64,000 bases of DNA from a virus (Duplodnaviria > Caudoviricetes): the IMG/VR virus record IMGVR_UViG_3300037067_004891, positions 256,001 to 320,000 of that record; one strand, 5' to 3'. Both the position numbers and the translations under genes were made by a program. Positions 20,901-31,399 of this stretch are shown in pieces. The notes under the pieces are model-generated. The model made no database searches. It was not told the DNA's origin and saw only the letters and a program-made list of their open reading frames with translations. How positions within the stretch are numbered: the stretch's first letter is position 1; each line of letters starts with the position of its first letter.

Positions 20901-21384
20901 TTTGATTATTTTTGAATTTATCAACAAAAAATCTTCTTCTTAATATTGAAGCTTTATTTGGGTTTGTTTTATAAAAGTCTTTAGCTTCTATTTCTAAATT
21001 TTTAATTTCTTCTTCACCCATATTAGCTGTCCATTGTTTAAATTCTGGAGAGTGTGTCACAGTTTCAATTTCTTCGATTTCTTTCAAATATCTATCGATA
21101 CCGATGTTATCTAATGATATTATATAGTTTATACCATCTATCGCTTTTGCACCCCATATATTATTTGCTAAATAAAGGCTAACATCTTCCAAACTATTTC
21201 TTGAAGCCATACCTCTTGTACTACCATTTGTTGTATCTTTTATATCAAAATATTCACCATGCATATTTTTCTTTTTATACACTTCAATAGCATATTTTCC
21301 ACCCTTGGTAGCAGCACGGAACATCAATTCACCATTTTCAGATTCATTATTATTTTCATTTATAAATTGAGAGAATGTTTTCAT
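20890..21384 (-). CDS. Putative internal head protein; probable start 21384
   Basis: MKTFSQFINE closely resembles the T4 internal-protein leader MKTYQEFIAE. Confidence 0.6.
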   Translation of the reverse strand: MKTFSQFINENNNESENGELMFRAATKGGKYAIEVYKKKNMHGEYFDIKDTTNGSTRGMASRNSLEDVSLYLANNIWGAKAIDGINYIISLDNIGIDRYLKEIEEIETVTHSPEFKQWTANMGEEEIKNLEIEAKDFYKTNPNKASILRRRFFVDKFKNNQNAS

Positions 21385-21404
21385 ATTTACTTTGTTTTTA
21401 TTTT

Positions 21405-21423
21405 TAATATATATATATATTAA
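21405..21423. promoter_or_regulatory. Bidirectional TAATATATA late-promoter-like palindrome
   Basis: ttaatatatatatatattaa between divergent starts at 21384 and 21440. Confidence 0.55.
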
Positions 21424-21439
21424 AAAAAACAAAATTTTT

Positions 21440-21697
21440 ATGATTGAAGAACAAAACCATATCAAAGAACTATATGAATTGAATCACAGACATGATTTTA
21501 ATTCAGATAAGAGATTTGATTATGAAAACAATTTATATAAGAAATCTTTATCTCATTATATATTCGGTAATGACATCACAAATGATTTTCTAACTAAACT
21601 GGAAAAAATGTCTGTTTGGATGTTTGAATCCACGTTAGTTATAAGAAATTTTTGGAACTATACTGTGCCAAGATATTACAATAACCATAGGAACTAA
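21440..21697 (+). CDS. Hypothetical phage protein; probable start 21440
   Basis: MIEEQNHIKELY...; the upstream extension of the listed ORF is promoter sequence. Confidence 0.55.
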   Translation: MIEEQNHIKELYELNHRHDFNSDKRFDYENNLYKKSLSHYIFGNDITNDFLTKLEKMSVWMFESTLVIRNFWNYTVPRYYNNHRN

Positions 21698-23269
21698 ATG
21701 ATTATAAATGAAATAATTAATATAAAAATCCAATATAATAATATTCAACATTTTATTAATAAAGGTTATATTTGCAAGTTAGGTGATATATTATCAGTAA
21801 ACACAACAGATTTAACAGTAGGTTCACACGAGAAGATTCATGCGTGTTGCGATGATTGTTTAAAAAATAAGGTTGTGTTTAATCATTCATATCATAAAAT
21901 TTTTAAAAAATATAATAAATATTTATGTAAAAATTGTGTACAAAAAGAAAAAGAAAAAACAAATATTAAAAAATATGGAGTGAAAAATGTGATGAGTTCA
22001 AAAGAAATTCAAGATAAAAGAAAAGAATATTTTTTAGAAAAATACGATGTCACACATCCATGTAAAAATGAAAATATTAAAAATAAAATAAAACAAACTA
22101 ATATTAATAAATATGGTGTCGAATATTTAACTCAAAATGAAACAATATTAAACAAAATACAAAAAACTAATATTGATAAATATGGTAATATATGTTCGTT
22201 ACAAAATGAAAAAGTTATGAATAAAACCTTTAATACTATGCTTGATAAATATGGTAATAAATATTCTATGCAAAACGATATTATCAAAAATAAAATTTTA
22301 AGTAGTTCATTATCAACAAATGTAAATAAAACATTAAATAAATATAAAGATATAATAAAAATTGTTTATACAAATGGTGTTTTTGAAGCTAATTGTGATA
22401 CGGGTAAAAACCATACATACATCATTTCAACACATAATTATTATCAGAGAATATTATATAAAACTATAAAATGCACAATTTGTAATCCGATTGATAATTT
22501 AAGTTCTGGTTTAGAATTAGATTTTATAATGTTTATTGAATCATTAAATATAAATTTTATACACAAAGATAGAACTTCTATTAAACCACAAGAACTTGAT
22601 GTTTATATACCGAGTCATAAATTAGCATTTGAATTCAATGGTTTATATTGGCATAGTGATATATATAAAGATAATAATTATCATTTAAATAAAACAGAAA
22701 AATGTCTATCTAAGAATATCAGATTAATTCATATATACGAAGATGATTGGTTATATAAAAAAGATATTATAAAATCAAAAATTTTAAATATTTTCGATAT
22801 GAATGATAAAATAAACATTATTGACTGTACTATTAAAGAAATACATGATATAAAAATAATTAAAGAATTCATTAATAACAATGACTTAAAAAAATATAAA
22901 AAATCTAATATTAATTATTCGTTATTATATAAAAACAATATTATATTGATAATGTCTTTAAATATTGAAGATAATTTATGCACAATAAACAATATTACAA
23001 GCAGTTATTATTTAAATACGGATGACTGTGTTTATTTTCTTTTGAACAATATAATAAATAAATATAATATATCTAATTTTGTTTATATGTGTGATAGAGA
23101 TTGGTGTTATTCTGATTTAATATCTTCAATTGATTTCAAAGTGAATCAAATATGGAAACCCACATTTTCGTATATAAAAGATAGATATGAATATAAAAAT
23201 AACAATAAAGATTATAAAAAACTAAAAATATTCAACTCTGGACATATAGAATACATTTTAAATTTATAA
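21698..23269 (+). CDS. Putative homing endonuclease (KYGV repeats + PD-(D/E)XK)
   Basis: KYGV repeats, CTICNP, ELDVYIPSHKLAFEFNGLYWHS, IHIYEDDW. Confidence 0.75.
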   Translation: MIINEIINIKIQYNNIQHFINKGYICKLGDILSVNTTDLTVGSHEKIHACCDDCLKNKVVFNHSYHKIFKKYNKYLCKNCVQKEKEKTNIKKYGVKNVMSSKEIQDKRKEYFLEKYDVTHPCKNENIKNKIKQTNINKYGVEYLTQNETILNKIQKTNIDKYGNICSLQNEKVMNKTFNTMLDKYGNKYSMQNDIIKNKILSSSLSTNVNKTLNKYKDIIKIVYTNGVFEANCDTGKNHTYIISTHNYYQRILYKTIKCTICNPIDNLSSGLELDFIMFIESLNINFIHKDRTSIKPQELDVYIPSHKLAFEFNGLYWHSDIYKDNNYHLNKTEKCLSKNIRLIHIYEDDWLYKKDIIKSKILNIFDMNDKINIIDCTIKEIHDIKIIKEFINNNDLKKYKKSNINYSLLYKNNIILIMSLNIEDNLCTINNITSSYYLNTDDCVYFLLNNIINKYNISNFVYMCDRDWCYSDLISSIDFKVNQIWKPTFSYIKDRYEYKNNNKDYKKLKIFNSGHIEYILNL

Positions 23270-23339
23270 AATAAATGAAAATCACCAAAACACACCCAGA
23301 TGTTTTAAATATATACTATAAAATATATAATATTTATAT

Positions 23340-23717
23340 ATGTCAAATGATAAGAACGTAAATTTTTTTGGTAAAGTCGCAAAATTTCCAAAAAACACAA
23401 AAGCTTCCCACGCATACAACTTTTTAGAAAATGTTAAAATTTCTAAAAAAAGTATTTGGTATATCATGGTTGAAAATCAAGACAATGAATTGAAAATGAT
23501 TAAGTATAACAATAAAGAGGGTTTTGATTTAACAAAGTTCTTATCTGAATTAAAAAATTATTATGCACACCACACCATATTAAAAGAACACTTAGCAAAT
23601 TTGATAATAGATGGTAATGATAAATTTTCAATAATTAAAAATATACCAGATGTTGAAATAGAAGGTAAGAAATTAATATCTATTTTAATGACAGATTTAA
23701 TTAAACTTTTAAAATAA
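23340..23717 (+). CDS. Hypothetical protein
   Basis: ORF with AAAC-N18-TATA at 23288. Confidence 0.6.
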   Translation: MSNDKNVNFFGKVAKFPKNTKASHAYNFLENVKISKKSIWYIMVENQDNELKMIKYNNKEGFDLTKFLSELKNYYAHHTILKEHLANLIIDGNDKFSIIKNIPDVEIEGKKLISILMTDLIKLLK

Positions 23718-23718
23718 T

Positions 23719-24291
23719 TTAAAGTCCAATTGTCCAAATATTCGTAGAACCAATATAGGGAACTCTCGAAGTATATGGTTCAGTAACACTTATTATATTT
23801 ATATTACCAGAAATATAACTCGCATTATCATAAATGTTTATTCTAACATTTAATGAATCAGAATTATATACATTAATCGTATTATTAATTTCAATACTAC
23901 CAGTAGTTGTTAATTCTAAAAATTTAATCCAATCATTATTATCTATACTATACCACAAATTTCCTAATGGTGTTGTACCTAAACAATATAAATAGCCATA
24001 TACTACAATATTCCACAATGCTGCATTTTTTGTATACATATTAATTGATCGGTATGCATCAATTTGAGATGCATTATCAATAATATATGAAACAGAACCA
24101 TAATTTACATATGGTTGTGTAAAATTATAAAAATTACTCATACTAATGGGTAAACTCGTAGTGAACGCATGTGATGATAAACCAGATAATTGTTTTGGTG
24201 CTGTTGAATTTCTATCAACTTCTTGTGATATATTTCTTCCACTCCCTGCTGTTGTTAAAATACTTAGATTACCACTACTTGCTAATGACAT
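23719..24291 (-). CDS. Putative tail fibre tip / adhesin
   Basis: N-terminal MSLASSGNLS...PISMSNFY pattern typical of phage fibre-tip proteins. Confidence 0.45.
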   Translation of the reverse strand: MSLASSGNLSILTTAGSGRNISQEVDRNSTAPKQLSGLSSHAFTTSLPISMSNFYNFTQPYVNYGSVSYIIDNASQIDAYRSINMYTKNAALWNIVVYGYLYCLGTTPLGNLWYSIDNNDWIKFLELTTTGSIEINNTINVYNSDSLNVRINIYDNASYISGNINIISVTEPYTSRVPYIGSTNIWTIGL

Positions 24292-24300
24292 TTTATATTA

Positions 24301-25086
24301 TTATTTTATAGTATATATTTTTGTTAGATTTGGTTTATTTTCAAAAAAATTTTCAAATATTTTTTGCCAAGTTTTACTAAATTTTTCTTGATATAATATT
24401 GGTTTGTTTTCCTTGTTTTTTTCGGGTCTATTATATTTATAATATCCACAATGCTTACAAAAAATTTTATATAAATCAATCATATTATCATCATCTAATG
24501 GTAATACTTTTCTACCTTTATCTAAACCAAGAAATCTATCAATATTACCAGCAACTGGACATGGATAATATCCGTATAAATTTAATCCAATACCACAATT
24601 TTGACTTATTACACAACCTGATGTGAAATTATCTTTTTCAAAATATTCAATATCTATTGGTGAAATATAAATATTAACAAATTTATTAATTTCAAATTCA
24701 GTTTTTTTACTTATATTTATTTGTGAATTATTTTTTATAACATCATTTTTTAATATCATTTTAGAAAACTCACTATGATTATTAGATGATACCTCTATTT
24801 TAAGATTTTTATTATATTCTTTTTTATAAGATAATATTATATTAAAAATTTTTAAAAAATTATCATGTAATGTTGGTTCACCACCTAATATTCTAATTCT
24901 TCTCCATTTTTTATTTTTCTCTATACTTTCATCAATAAATTTTTTTATTTGCTCAATCGACATTTCTTCGTTTGATTTAAAAGTATCACAGCTTCTATTA
25001 CAATTTTTACAAGTTAAATTACATTTATATGTAATATCCAATTCTATACAATCTAATGAACGATAATAAATTACATCTGGATTCAT
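24301..25086 (-). CDS. Radical SAM enzyme
   Basis: CNLTCKNC, ILGGEPTLH, extra C-terminal Cys cluster. Confidence 0.9.
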   Translation of the reverse strand: MNPDVIYYRSLDCIELDITYKCNLTCKNCNRSCDTFKSNEEMSIEQIKKFIDESIEKNKKWRRIRILGGEPTLHDNFLKIFNIILSYKKEYNKNLKIEVSSNNHSEFSKMILKNDVIKNNSQINISKKTEFEINKFVNIYISPIDIEYFEKDNFTSGCVISQNCGIGLNLYGYYPCPVAGNIDRFLGLDKGRKVLPLDDDNMIDLYKIFCKHCGYYKYNRPEKNKENKPILYQEKFSKTWQKIFENFFENKPNLTKIYTIK

Positions 25087-25093
25087 CTGAATA

Positions 25094-25810
25094 TTATGGA
25101 TTCATTTTTAATAATTCATTATATAAATCCCTATTAAAAAAACCCATATCAACATATTGTTTCGTATTATTACTATAAACATATTTCTGATGAAATAACA
25201 TAGGACACGCCAAGAAAGTTTTTATATTCGATTGTTGTTGATAATAATTAACAGTCCATTTATCAATATCATCCATAATTATATTTTTATATATTTCAAT
25301 ATGTTCAAATTTATTTATAAAATCATCAAAAGTAGTACTCTTATAAGCAACAGCATGTCTTAAAGTAACTCTACCACCATTTAATTTAACTAAATTATTA
25401 CTATATTTTAAATAATGTTTTTTTTGCATATATTCTGTCATTGTTGTAACTTCTTCTTCATTTACAAACCATTCGACTCTATGAGGAATACCGCCAAGAT
25501 AAAATAAATCCCAATCATTTTCTATATCAGATATACAATTTTGAAGTTTAGTGATGACATCACCATCAGTGATAATATCATCTTCGAATATAATTATTTT
25601 ATTATAATTATTAGCTTTAGCATCTTTGAAAATATTAACACTTGATTTATTACAACCAATTATACTATGTTCATTTTCAATACCAACAACAAACTCTACT
25701 AAATCGGTTATACCTAATTCTTCAAACAGTAATATCATATCTTCTTTTCTTTGTGTATCTTTTAAAAGATTAATACAATATATTTTATCAAAATATGTAA
25801 AAGGATTCAT
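25094..25810 (-). CDS. Glycosyltransferase family 25-like
   Basis: FDKIYCINL..R, IGC..S, IIFEDD, DWDLFYLG. Confidence 0.85.
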   Translation of the reverse strand: MNPFTYFDKIYCINLLKDTQRKEDMILLFEELGITDLVEFVVGIENEHSIIGCNKSSVNIFKDAKANNYNKIIIFEDDIITDGDVITKLQNCISDIENDWDLFYLGGIPHRVEWFVNEEEVTTMTEYMQKKHYLKYSNNLVKLNGGRVTLRHAVAYKSTTFDDFINKFEHIEIYKNIIMDDIDKWTVNYYQQQSNIKTFLACPMLFHQKYVYSNNTKQYVDMGFFNRDLYNELLKMNP

Positions 25811-25827
25811 AATTATACTTATATTTT

Positions 25828-27303
25828 TTAACCACCTGTAATAATATATCTATTTATAATAGAACCACTGTATATATATCCAACTGTGAATGCCATACTT
25901 TTTAAATCATTACTAAAAGAAGGTATTGTATACGTCTTTAATACATTATTCAAATCATCTCTAAAGTTTATTTGTAATGAAACAGATGAAAAAGCAGTTC
26001 TAATATTAAACAACACAATTGATGTTAATGACATATTTGCTATTGCGTATGAATCTAATTCAACATTATAGATTGTACTTACATGAGAGTCATTCACAGT
26101 TATATTAAATATATGAAAATAATACGAATTATCTATAATTTGTGTTATAGTTTCATCTGCACTTGTAATTAAAGTATAATACATTTGGTTTCGAATTGTA
26201 TATCTATTATTAGTAATTGTCATTGGTGCATTAATTGTCATTGGTGCATTAATTGTAACTGGTGCATTAAAAACGGTAGTACCAGTATTAAATGTTTTTG
26301 CACCAGTTATTGTTTGTATGGTATCTGTTGAAACATAATTTGTTGGTGTTTCCAATGTAACCCAACCATTCTTATATCCTTGAAAATTAGCACCATTAAA
26401 TCTTATTGCACCATTTGTTGTTGGTGCAGCAGATAAATTTGTTAATACTAAAGATGGTACATATACTGCATTACTATAAACTGCCGTATAATTATTTACA
26501 CCTAATAATATAATATTTGTTAAACTTGAATTTATAGAAGATGCCGAACCTCCAATTATAGCTGAATATGTACAAGAAGTATTTATATAGTTATTAAAAC
26601 CACCAATTATAGCAACAGATGTGTTTGATATTCCCATTCCATTAGAATCACCACCAATAATAACTGAATTTATTACGTTGTTTTCTATATTATTATTATT
26701 TCCACCAAAAATTCCGTTTTTACTTGTCCCTGTTATATTGTTCAATGTACCACCGATTATAACAGATGATGTGCTACTACCTATTGTATTATCAATACCA
26801 CCAATAATAGCACTATAATAACCGATAATATCTGATGTTTTAGTAACTGTTGAAGATAAATTAACTGTACCAGCACCAGTAGCATTAACATAATAAGCAG
26901 AAGAACCAACACCACCACTAAAACTCGATTGTCCAACAGCAACAGTATATTGACCTTGTGAATGAGCATATAATCCACTTGCTATTGTTTTTATACCCTC
27001 TGAATGTGAATAATTACCACTTGCGAGAGATTGAAATCCTTGTGCATGAGAATAATTACCAGATGGTGTTACATTTTCTCCATTTGCAAAATAAAATGAC
27101 CCATATGTACCACCACTAACAGACCCTACTACTTGTGAGTTGCCTGATATGTCACCACCAACATCAATAGATATTTTTTTTTCTTCTCCAATTGAATTAA
27201 CAAATTTAATATCACCAGTTTCACTGTCTATACCAAATAATATATAACCAGCTTCTGGATTTACTAACTGACTGAATTTGGTTTCTTTTAATAATATAGA
27301 CAT
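25828..27303 (-). CDS. Tail fibre-like protein with beta-roll/beta-helix repeats
   Basis: ASGNYSHAEG-type repeats, SxIIGGxxN repeats, QTITGAKTF. Confidence 0.7.
   Translation of the reverse strand: MSILLKETKFSQLVNPEAGYILFGIDSETGDIKFVNSIGEEKKISIDVGGDISGNSQVVGSVSGGTYGSFYFANGENVTPSGNYSHAQGFQSLASGNYSHSEGIKTIASGLYAHSQGQYTVAVGQSSFSGGVGSSAYYVNATGAGTVNLSSTVTKTSDIIGYYSAIIGGIDNTIGSSTSSVIIGGTLNNITGTSKNGIFGGNNNNIENNVINSVIIGGDSNGMGISNTSVAIIGGFNNYINTSCTYSAIIGGSASSINSSLTNIILLGVNNYTAVYSNAVYVPSLVLTNLSAAPTTNGAIRFNGANFQGYKNGWVTLETPTNYVSTDTIQTITGAKTFNTGTTVFNAPVTINAPMTINAPMTITNNRYTIRNQMYYTLITSADETITQIIDNSYYFHIFNITVNDSHVSTIYNVELDSYAIANMSLTSIVLFNIRTAFSSVSLQINFRDDLNNVLKTYTIPSFSNDLKSMAFTVGYIYSGSIINRYIITGG
26214..26270. 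repeat. Three 18-nt coding tandem repeats (NAP[VM]TI)
   Basis: aattgtcattggtgcatt repeated. Confidence 0.8.
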
Positions 27304-27377
27304 TTTATAATAATTGATTTTGTTGTATATATTAAATAAATTATTTATTTTTGTAAATTAAACAAATTAATATTTTT

Positions 27378-28109
27378 ATGAAAAATATAATGAAAAAATT
27401 TTCACATAAAATTAAAAACGTGTTTAATCAATTAATTATAGCTATTTTTATAGTTATTGGTTTTACTTTTTTGAGTTCTATTACTAATAATGTTCAATAT
27501 ATAGAAGTCAAAGTACCAGTTAAAGTACCAACCCCTTATGAAATAAACTTTTTAAATATAGAACAGTTTATTCACGAATTAAGCTTATTTGAATCAGCTA
27601 CAAACTATGCTGCAAGACGACCAAATGAAGTAATAAATGGTGACACACTATGGTCACAATATTGGGGGAGATACCAATTTGGGGAAGCTTGTAGAATATG
27701 TTTAGAAATAGACCACATATCATGGGATAAATTTAAAAATAATACTGAACTTCAAGACGCTGCAATGATTTATTATATTGCAATTCTTAATAGTCGATTT
27801 GAACATTATATTGAAATAAAAGACTCTACCACTATTGTTAGAAATATATTTGATGAATATTCTAATAAAGTTATAAGAACACATTATATAACCAACAGTG
27901 GCTTGGTAGCAATGGCTCATAATATAGGCATTTCAACAGTGGTCGATTTCTTGGATTCTGGTTGTAAAAATGAACCTAAAGATGGTTTCGAAACACAATC
28001 TTCAAATTACTTGGCATTATCAAATTTTGACTTAAATGTGTCAAAAGATGAAGCTAAATCTAATTTAGATAAAATACTCAAAAAATATAATCTTCAGAGG
28101 GGTATATAA
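27378..28109 (+). CDS. Lysozyme/transglycosylase-like protein with N-terminal TM segment (possible SAR-type endolysin)
   Basis: TM helix; FES..Y, YWGRYQFG, ITNSGLVAMAHNIG. Confidence 0.65.
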   Translation: MKNIMKKFSHKIKNVFNQLIIAIFIVIGFTFLSSITNNVQYIEVKVPVKVPTPYEINFLNIEQFIHELSLFESATNYAARRPNEVINGDTLWSQYWGRYQFGEACRICLEIDHISWDKFKNNTELQDAAMIYYIAILNSRFEHYIEIKDSTTIVRNIFDEYSNKVIRTHYITNSGLVAMAHNIGISTVVDFLDSGCKNEPKDGFETQSSNYLALSNFDLNVSKDEAKSNLDKILKKYNLQRGI

Positions 28110-28348
28110 TGGATGAAAATATATACGAATTATATAAACTGGGCTTTACTTGTGAAAGTCCAGTTTCTTTTATTTTAAAGAATGAAGGTGTCCGAGAAAT
28201 GTTAATTGAATCAAATATTCGTTATAGTTCATTATGGGTTAAGATTTCCCAAGGTCAATACAGAATGATTAAAAAAGAAAAAACGTTAGAAGAATTAATA
28301 CCTACAATAAAAAAAGAAGTCCGTGCATTAAAAATCAGAAATCTCTAA
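28109..28348 (+). CDS. Small protein with C-terminal RxxKIxxL tag
   Basis: Ends EVRALKIRNL. Confidence 0.55.
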   Translation: MDENIYELYKLGFTCESPVSFILKNEGVREMLIESNIRYSSLWVKISQGQYRMIKKEKTLEELIPTIKKEVRALKIRNL

Positions 28349-28675
28349 TATTTTCAATTTTCTCAGAACCTGTTTAATACGTCTATTAATTTCTGGTTTA
28401 TCTTTTGTGGCTTCATCCAGTTCATTCAGTGTTCTAATATTCTTGTTTTACTCGTCTATTACTTTAATTAGTTCCTTTTTAGTCAAAGTTATATTAGGAT
28501 ATAAAACTGATATATTATTTTTATCTGACGGGACAAAAATAATTTCAAATATAGTATCATCTGATTTTTCATTCAATTTAGATTGAATTTTTCTATAATA
28601 ATCTAACTTCTCGTTATATTCATCCAATGATAAATCTCTTGGTATATCAAGTCTTAGTATAATTATGTTATTCAT
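28328..28675 (-). pseudogene. Small tagged protein with an internal in-frame TAA at 28450-28448
   Basis: Frame continues 39 codons past the TAA and ends VLRKLKILEISDF, matching the C-terminal tag. Confidence 0.5.
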
Positions 28676-28970
28676 ATATTGATAATATTTTATATTTTCT
28701 TTGTTGTTGAAGATATATCTGGTATAATTTATCTATATTAAGATATTCAAATTTCTTTTCATTCACATATGCTAAATGAATAATTTCTTTAGAACCTTCT
28801 ATTAATTCAAATTTACTCATGTCTATTTTAAACACCTTCATTGTATCGGGATTAAAATTTAAAACATCCAATAAATAATATTCACCATCTTTATTAATAA
28901 TTACTGGTTTATAAAGTGATGAATAATTAACATGCTTAATTAATTCTTTATAATGATAACAATCTTCCAT
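28668..28970 (-). CDS. Small protein with C-terminal RxxKIxxI tag
   Basis: Ends QQRKYKILSIYE. Confidence 0.55.
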   Translation of the reverse strand: MEDCYHYKELIKHVNYSSLYKPVIINKDGEYYLLDVLNFNPDTMKVFKIDMSKFELIEGSKEIIHLAYVNEKKFEYLNIDKLYQIYLQQQRKYKILSIYE

Positions 28971-28972
28971 AT

Positions 28973-29635
28973 TTATAATTTAAAAACTTCTAACATAGGT
29001 TTATATTTTAAATTTAAATAATCAAATTTATCAATATATTCGCCCGTTATTAGATTCCAATATCGAGTGAACCATTTCCTATTATTAGTAGAATAATAAT
29101 ATTGTAATTTTTTTTCTAAATCACCGAACGATATTGGTTTATATTTATATTCCTTCCTATTAGGTCTACCTTCAATAACTTTCACACCAATCCCATCGAG
29201 TATAGGTTTATAATTAAGATTCAATAAATCGTTATTATTAAAAAATTCAGGTAATCTATTAAAATGGTCAAAAACTATTTTTTGAAATAGATGGTCACGT
29301 TTCATTGGATAAACATAATAGTAACTCATAATATGATTATATGAAACAAAGTCCTCGTCTTTATTGAACTCAGCTTTCATATTATTATACAAATCCGTGT
29401 TTTCTATTACAAATTGTAAATTGTTAAATGTTTTACTAATATTTTTAAATGTAGATTTTTTAACAAATTTTGATTCATTATTCACAGGCACGATTTTAGG
29501 TATCGATTTATTTTCATCAGATTTAATCTGTGAGTTATAAAATTCCTTCTTCAATTTCAAAATTTTATTATCGAATTCTTCTTGTAAGTTCCTTATTTTT
29601 TTGAGGAATAATTCTTCAACTTCACTATTTATCAT
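28973..29635 (-). CDS. Hypothetical protein
   Basis: ORF in operon. Confidence 0.55.
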   Translation of the reverse strand: MINSEVEELFLKKIRNLQEEFDNKILKLKKEFYNSQIKSDENKSIPKIVPVNNESKFVKKSTFKNISKTFNNLQFVIENTDLYNNMKAEFNKDEDFVSYNHIMSYYYVYPMKRDHLFQKIVFDHFNRLPEFFNNNDLLNLNYKPILDGIGVKVIEGRPNRKEYKYKPISFGDLEKKLQYYYSTNNRKWFTRYWNLITGEYIDKFDYLNLKYKPMLEVFKL

Positions 29636-30245
29636 ATAGTATCGTATAATTTATTCATATTTAAAACCACCTCATATATGATTCGGTCTAAATTTTCAAT
29701 TGGTGGTTTATTTTCAAATACTAAATCAAACCCTTCATAGTTATCTAACTCAATCTCGGACGCATGGTTCATATCTCGTTGGTCATTTGCTCTCAGGCTG
29801 GTTGGGTCACCATTTAATCTAACCAATAATCCACCCATTTTTTTAATATAATTAGCCTCATTTAAAAACCGAACATCTGATACAACCCAGTTATCATATT
29901 CAGGATGATATTTTGAAAATAATGATAAAACCCATGCATCATGATGTAGATTATTTCTAATAGCTTCTGTACCTATTTTCTGTTGCATTTCTCCAACTGT
30001 CATACCCCACTCTGGAAGATATTTTAATTTTCCTTCTCTGGACATAACATCATCCATTGACAAACCAGTTAGATAGGATACAATAAATTTTAAATCATAA
30101 GCAAATTTTTTATTTTCAAATTTTACACCACGACTCCCATAATACTGAATAATTCGTTCTGCAAAAGCATCTTTTCCATTTAACCCGACCCTATCTTACC
30201 AGAAATACCGATTAGATAGGGTCGTTTTTTTATTGTTTTATTCAT
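29632..30245 (-). CDS. Deoxynucleoside monophosphate kinase interrupted at the P-loop (recoded or pseudogene)
   Basis: Frame 1 MNKTIKKRPYLIGISGKIGSG*; frame 2 GKDAFAE..KFAYDLK..QKIGTEAIR..SDVRFLNE..HASE. Confidence 0.8.
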
Positions 30246-30326
30246 TTTAATTATTTTTTTTTTTAAATTTATCAATAAAAATATTATCCTCTATACTAAT
30301 TTTTCCACTCACACCTATTAACATTT

Positions 30327-30839
30327 TTATTTTATTATTTTTTCTCCAATAATCTTTTTATTTATTGATAAAAAAATCGGATTATACCTGTAATCATTGG
30401 TTACATCATTTTTAAACCAAGGGTCAGGTACATAACTTTGGGTTGATATCATATCACTATGATATTCAACAACCATAATATTTTCGTTTATATTATCATA
30501 CTTAATTAACGAGATAAGATTATTTTTAGAGTCATTTAAGGCATATTGGGTATAATGTATCACTTTGGGTTTTGAAACCGCATACATCACCTCAAATTCA
30601 CTTTGGGATATGTTTATTCTTATATGATTCCTTTTTATAGTGCCTATATCTTTAATGTTTAATGAAAAATCTGTTTCATTGACACACTCGACATAAGTTT
30701 CAAGACTATCACTTTCCTTATTCAGGAAAGCTATCATATACTTTTCAAACAGAAAAACATTTAAATTTAAGCTGGACGGTAAAACACTAACATAAAACCT
30801 TTTACAGTATTCAATACTTAAACAAGACAAATCTGTCAT
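30327..30839 (-). CDS. CYTH-like domain protein (degenerate)
   Basis: IEYCKRFYV start and PDPWFKNDVTNDYRYN end typical of CYTH proteins. Confidence 0.55.
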   Translation of the reverse strand: MTDLSCLSIEYCKRFYVSVLPSSLNLNVFLFEKYMIAFLNKESDSLETYVECVNETDFSLNIKDIGTIKRNHIRINISQSEFEVMYAVSKPKVIHYTQYALNDSKNNLISLIKYDNINENIMVVEYHSDMISTQSYVPDPWFKNDVTNDYRYNPIFLSINKKIIGEKIIK

Positions 30840-30909
30840 AATGTTTTTATTTTCTTATATTCCTTGAAATAGTTTTTGTTTAGAAAATATTTAGAAAAAT
30901 TAAAATATT

Positions 30910-31113
30910 TCATTTTAAAATTTTTTCAATTTTAATTTTCCGAATTTCATTTATACTATTTGTGTAACATGTGAGAAATTCAACAACATTTATTTGTATA
31001 ACATTTTCACAACCATCTTCAATTAAATAAACAACATTTCCATCACATTTATCATATTGATATTGTTTGTATGTATATATATTATAAAATGTATTATAAT
31101 TACTCATCATCAT
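30910..31113 (-). CDS. Small protein with C-terminal tag
   Basis: Ends EIRKIKIEKILK. Confidence 0.55.
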   Translation of the reverse strand: MMMSNYNTFYNIYTYKQYQYDKCDGNVVYLIEDGCENVIQINVVEFLTCYTNSINEIRKIKIEKILK

Positions 31114-31333
31114 CCAAAATATTTTTTATCTTCAATCTCCGTATTTCATTTTTATCTGCTGTGAATCTCTCATAAAAATTTGGAATACTAAAATATTTTT
31201 TCTTACTTGTTCCAACTGGTCTTAAAGTTGCCTGATGGTTATTTATAGATAAAACATAATATTTTCTTTCTGTAAGTTTATCATATATAATTTTATTAGA
31301 ATCTATTAAAAAATGATCTGATTGGTTAATCAT
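31100..31333 (-). CDS. Small protein with C-terminal tag
   Basis: Ends EIRRLKIKNILDDDE. Confidence 0.55.
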   Translation of the reverse strand: MINQSDHFLIDSNKIIYDKLTERKYYVLSINNHQATLRPVGTSKKKYFSIPNFYERFTADKNEIRRLKIKNILDDDE

Positions 31334-31399
31334 ATAAATATAATATTTTTGTAAAAAACGAAAAATTTTGTTAATTATTATTAATTTTTATATTAAACA

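Noticed and set aside
10587-28450. Genome-wide stop-codon reassignment (in-frame TAG at 10589, TAA at 28450)
   Set aside because: Long genes are intact under code 11; isolated stops of different types fit point mutations better
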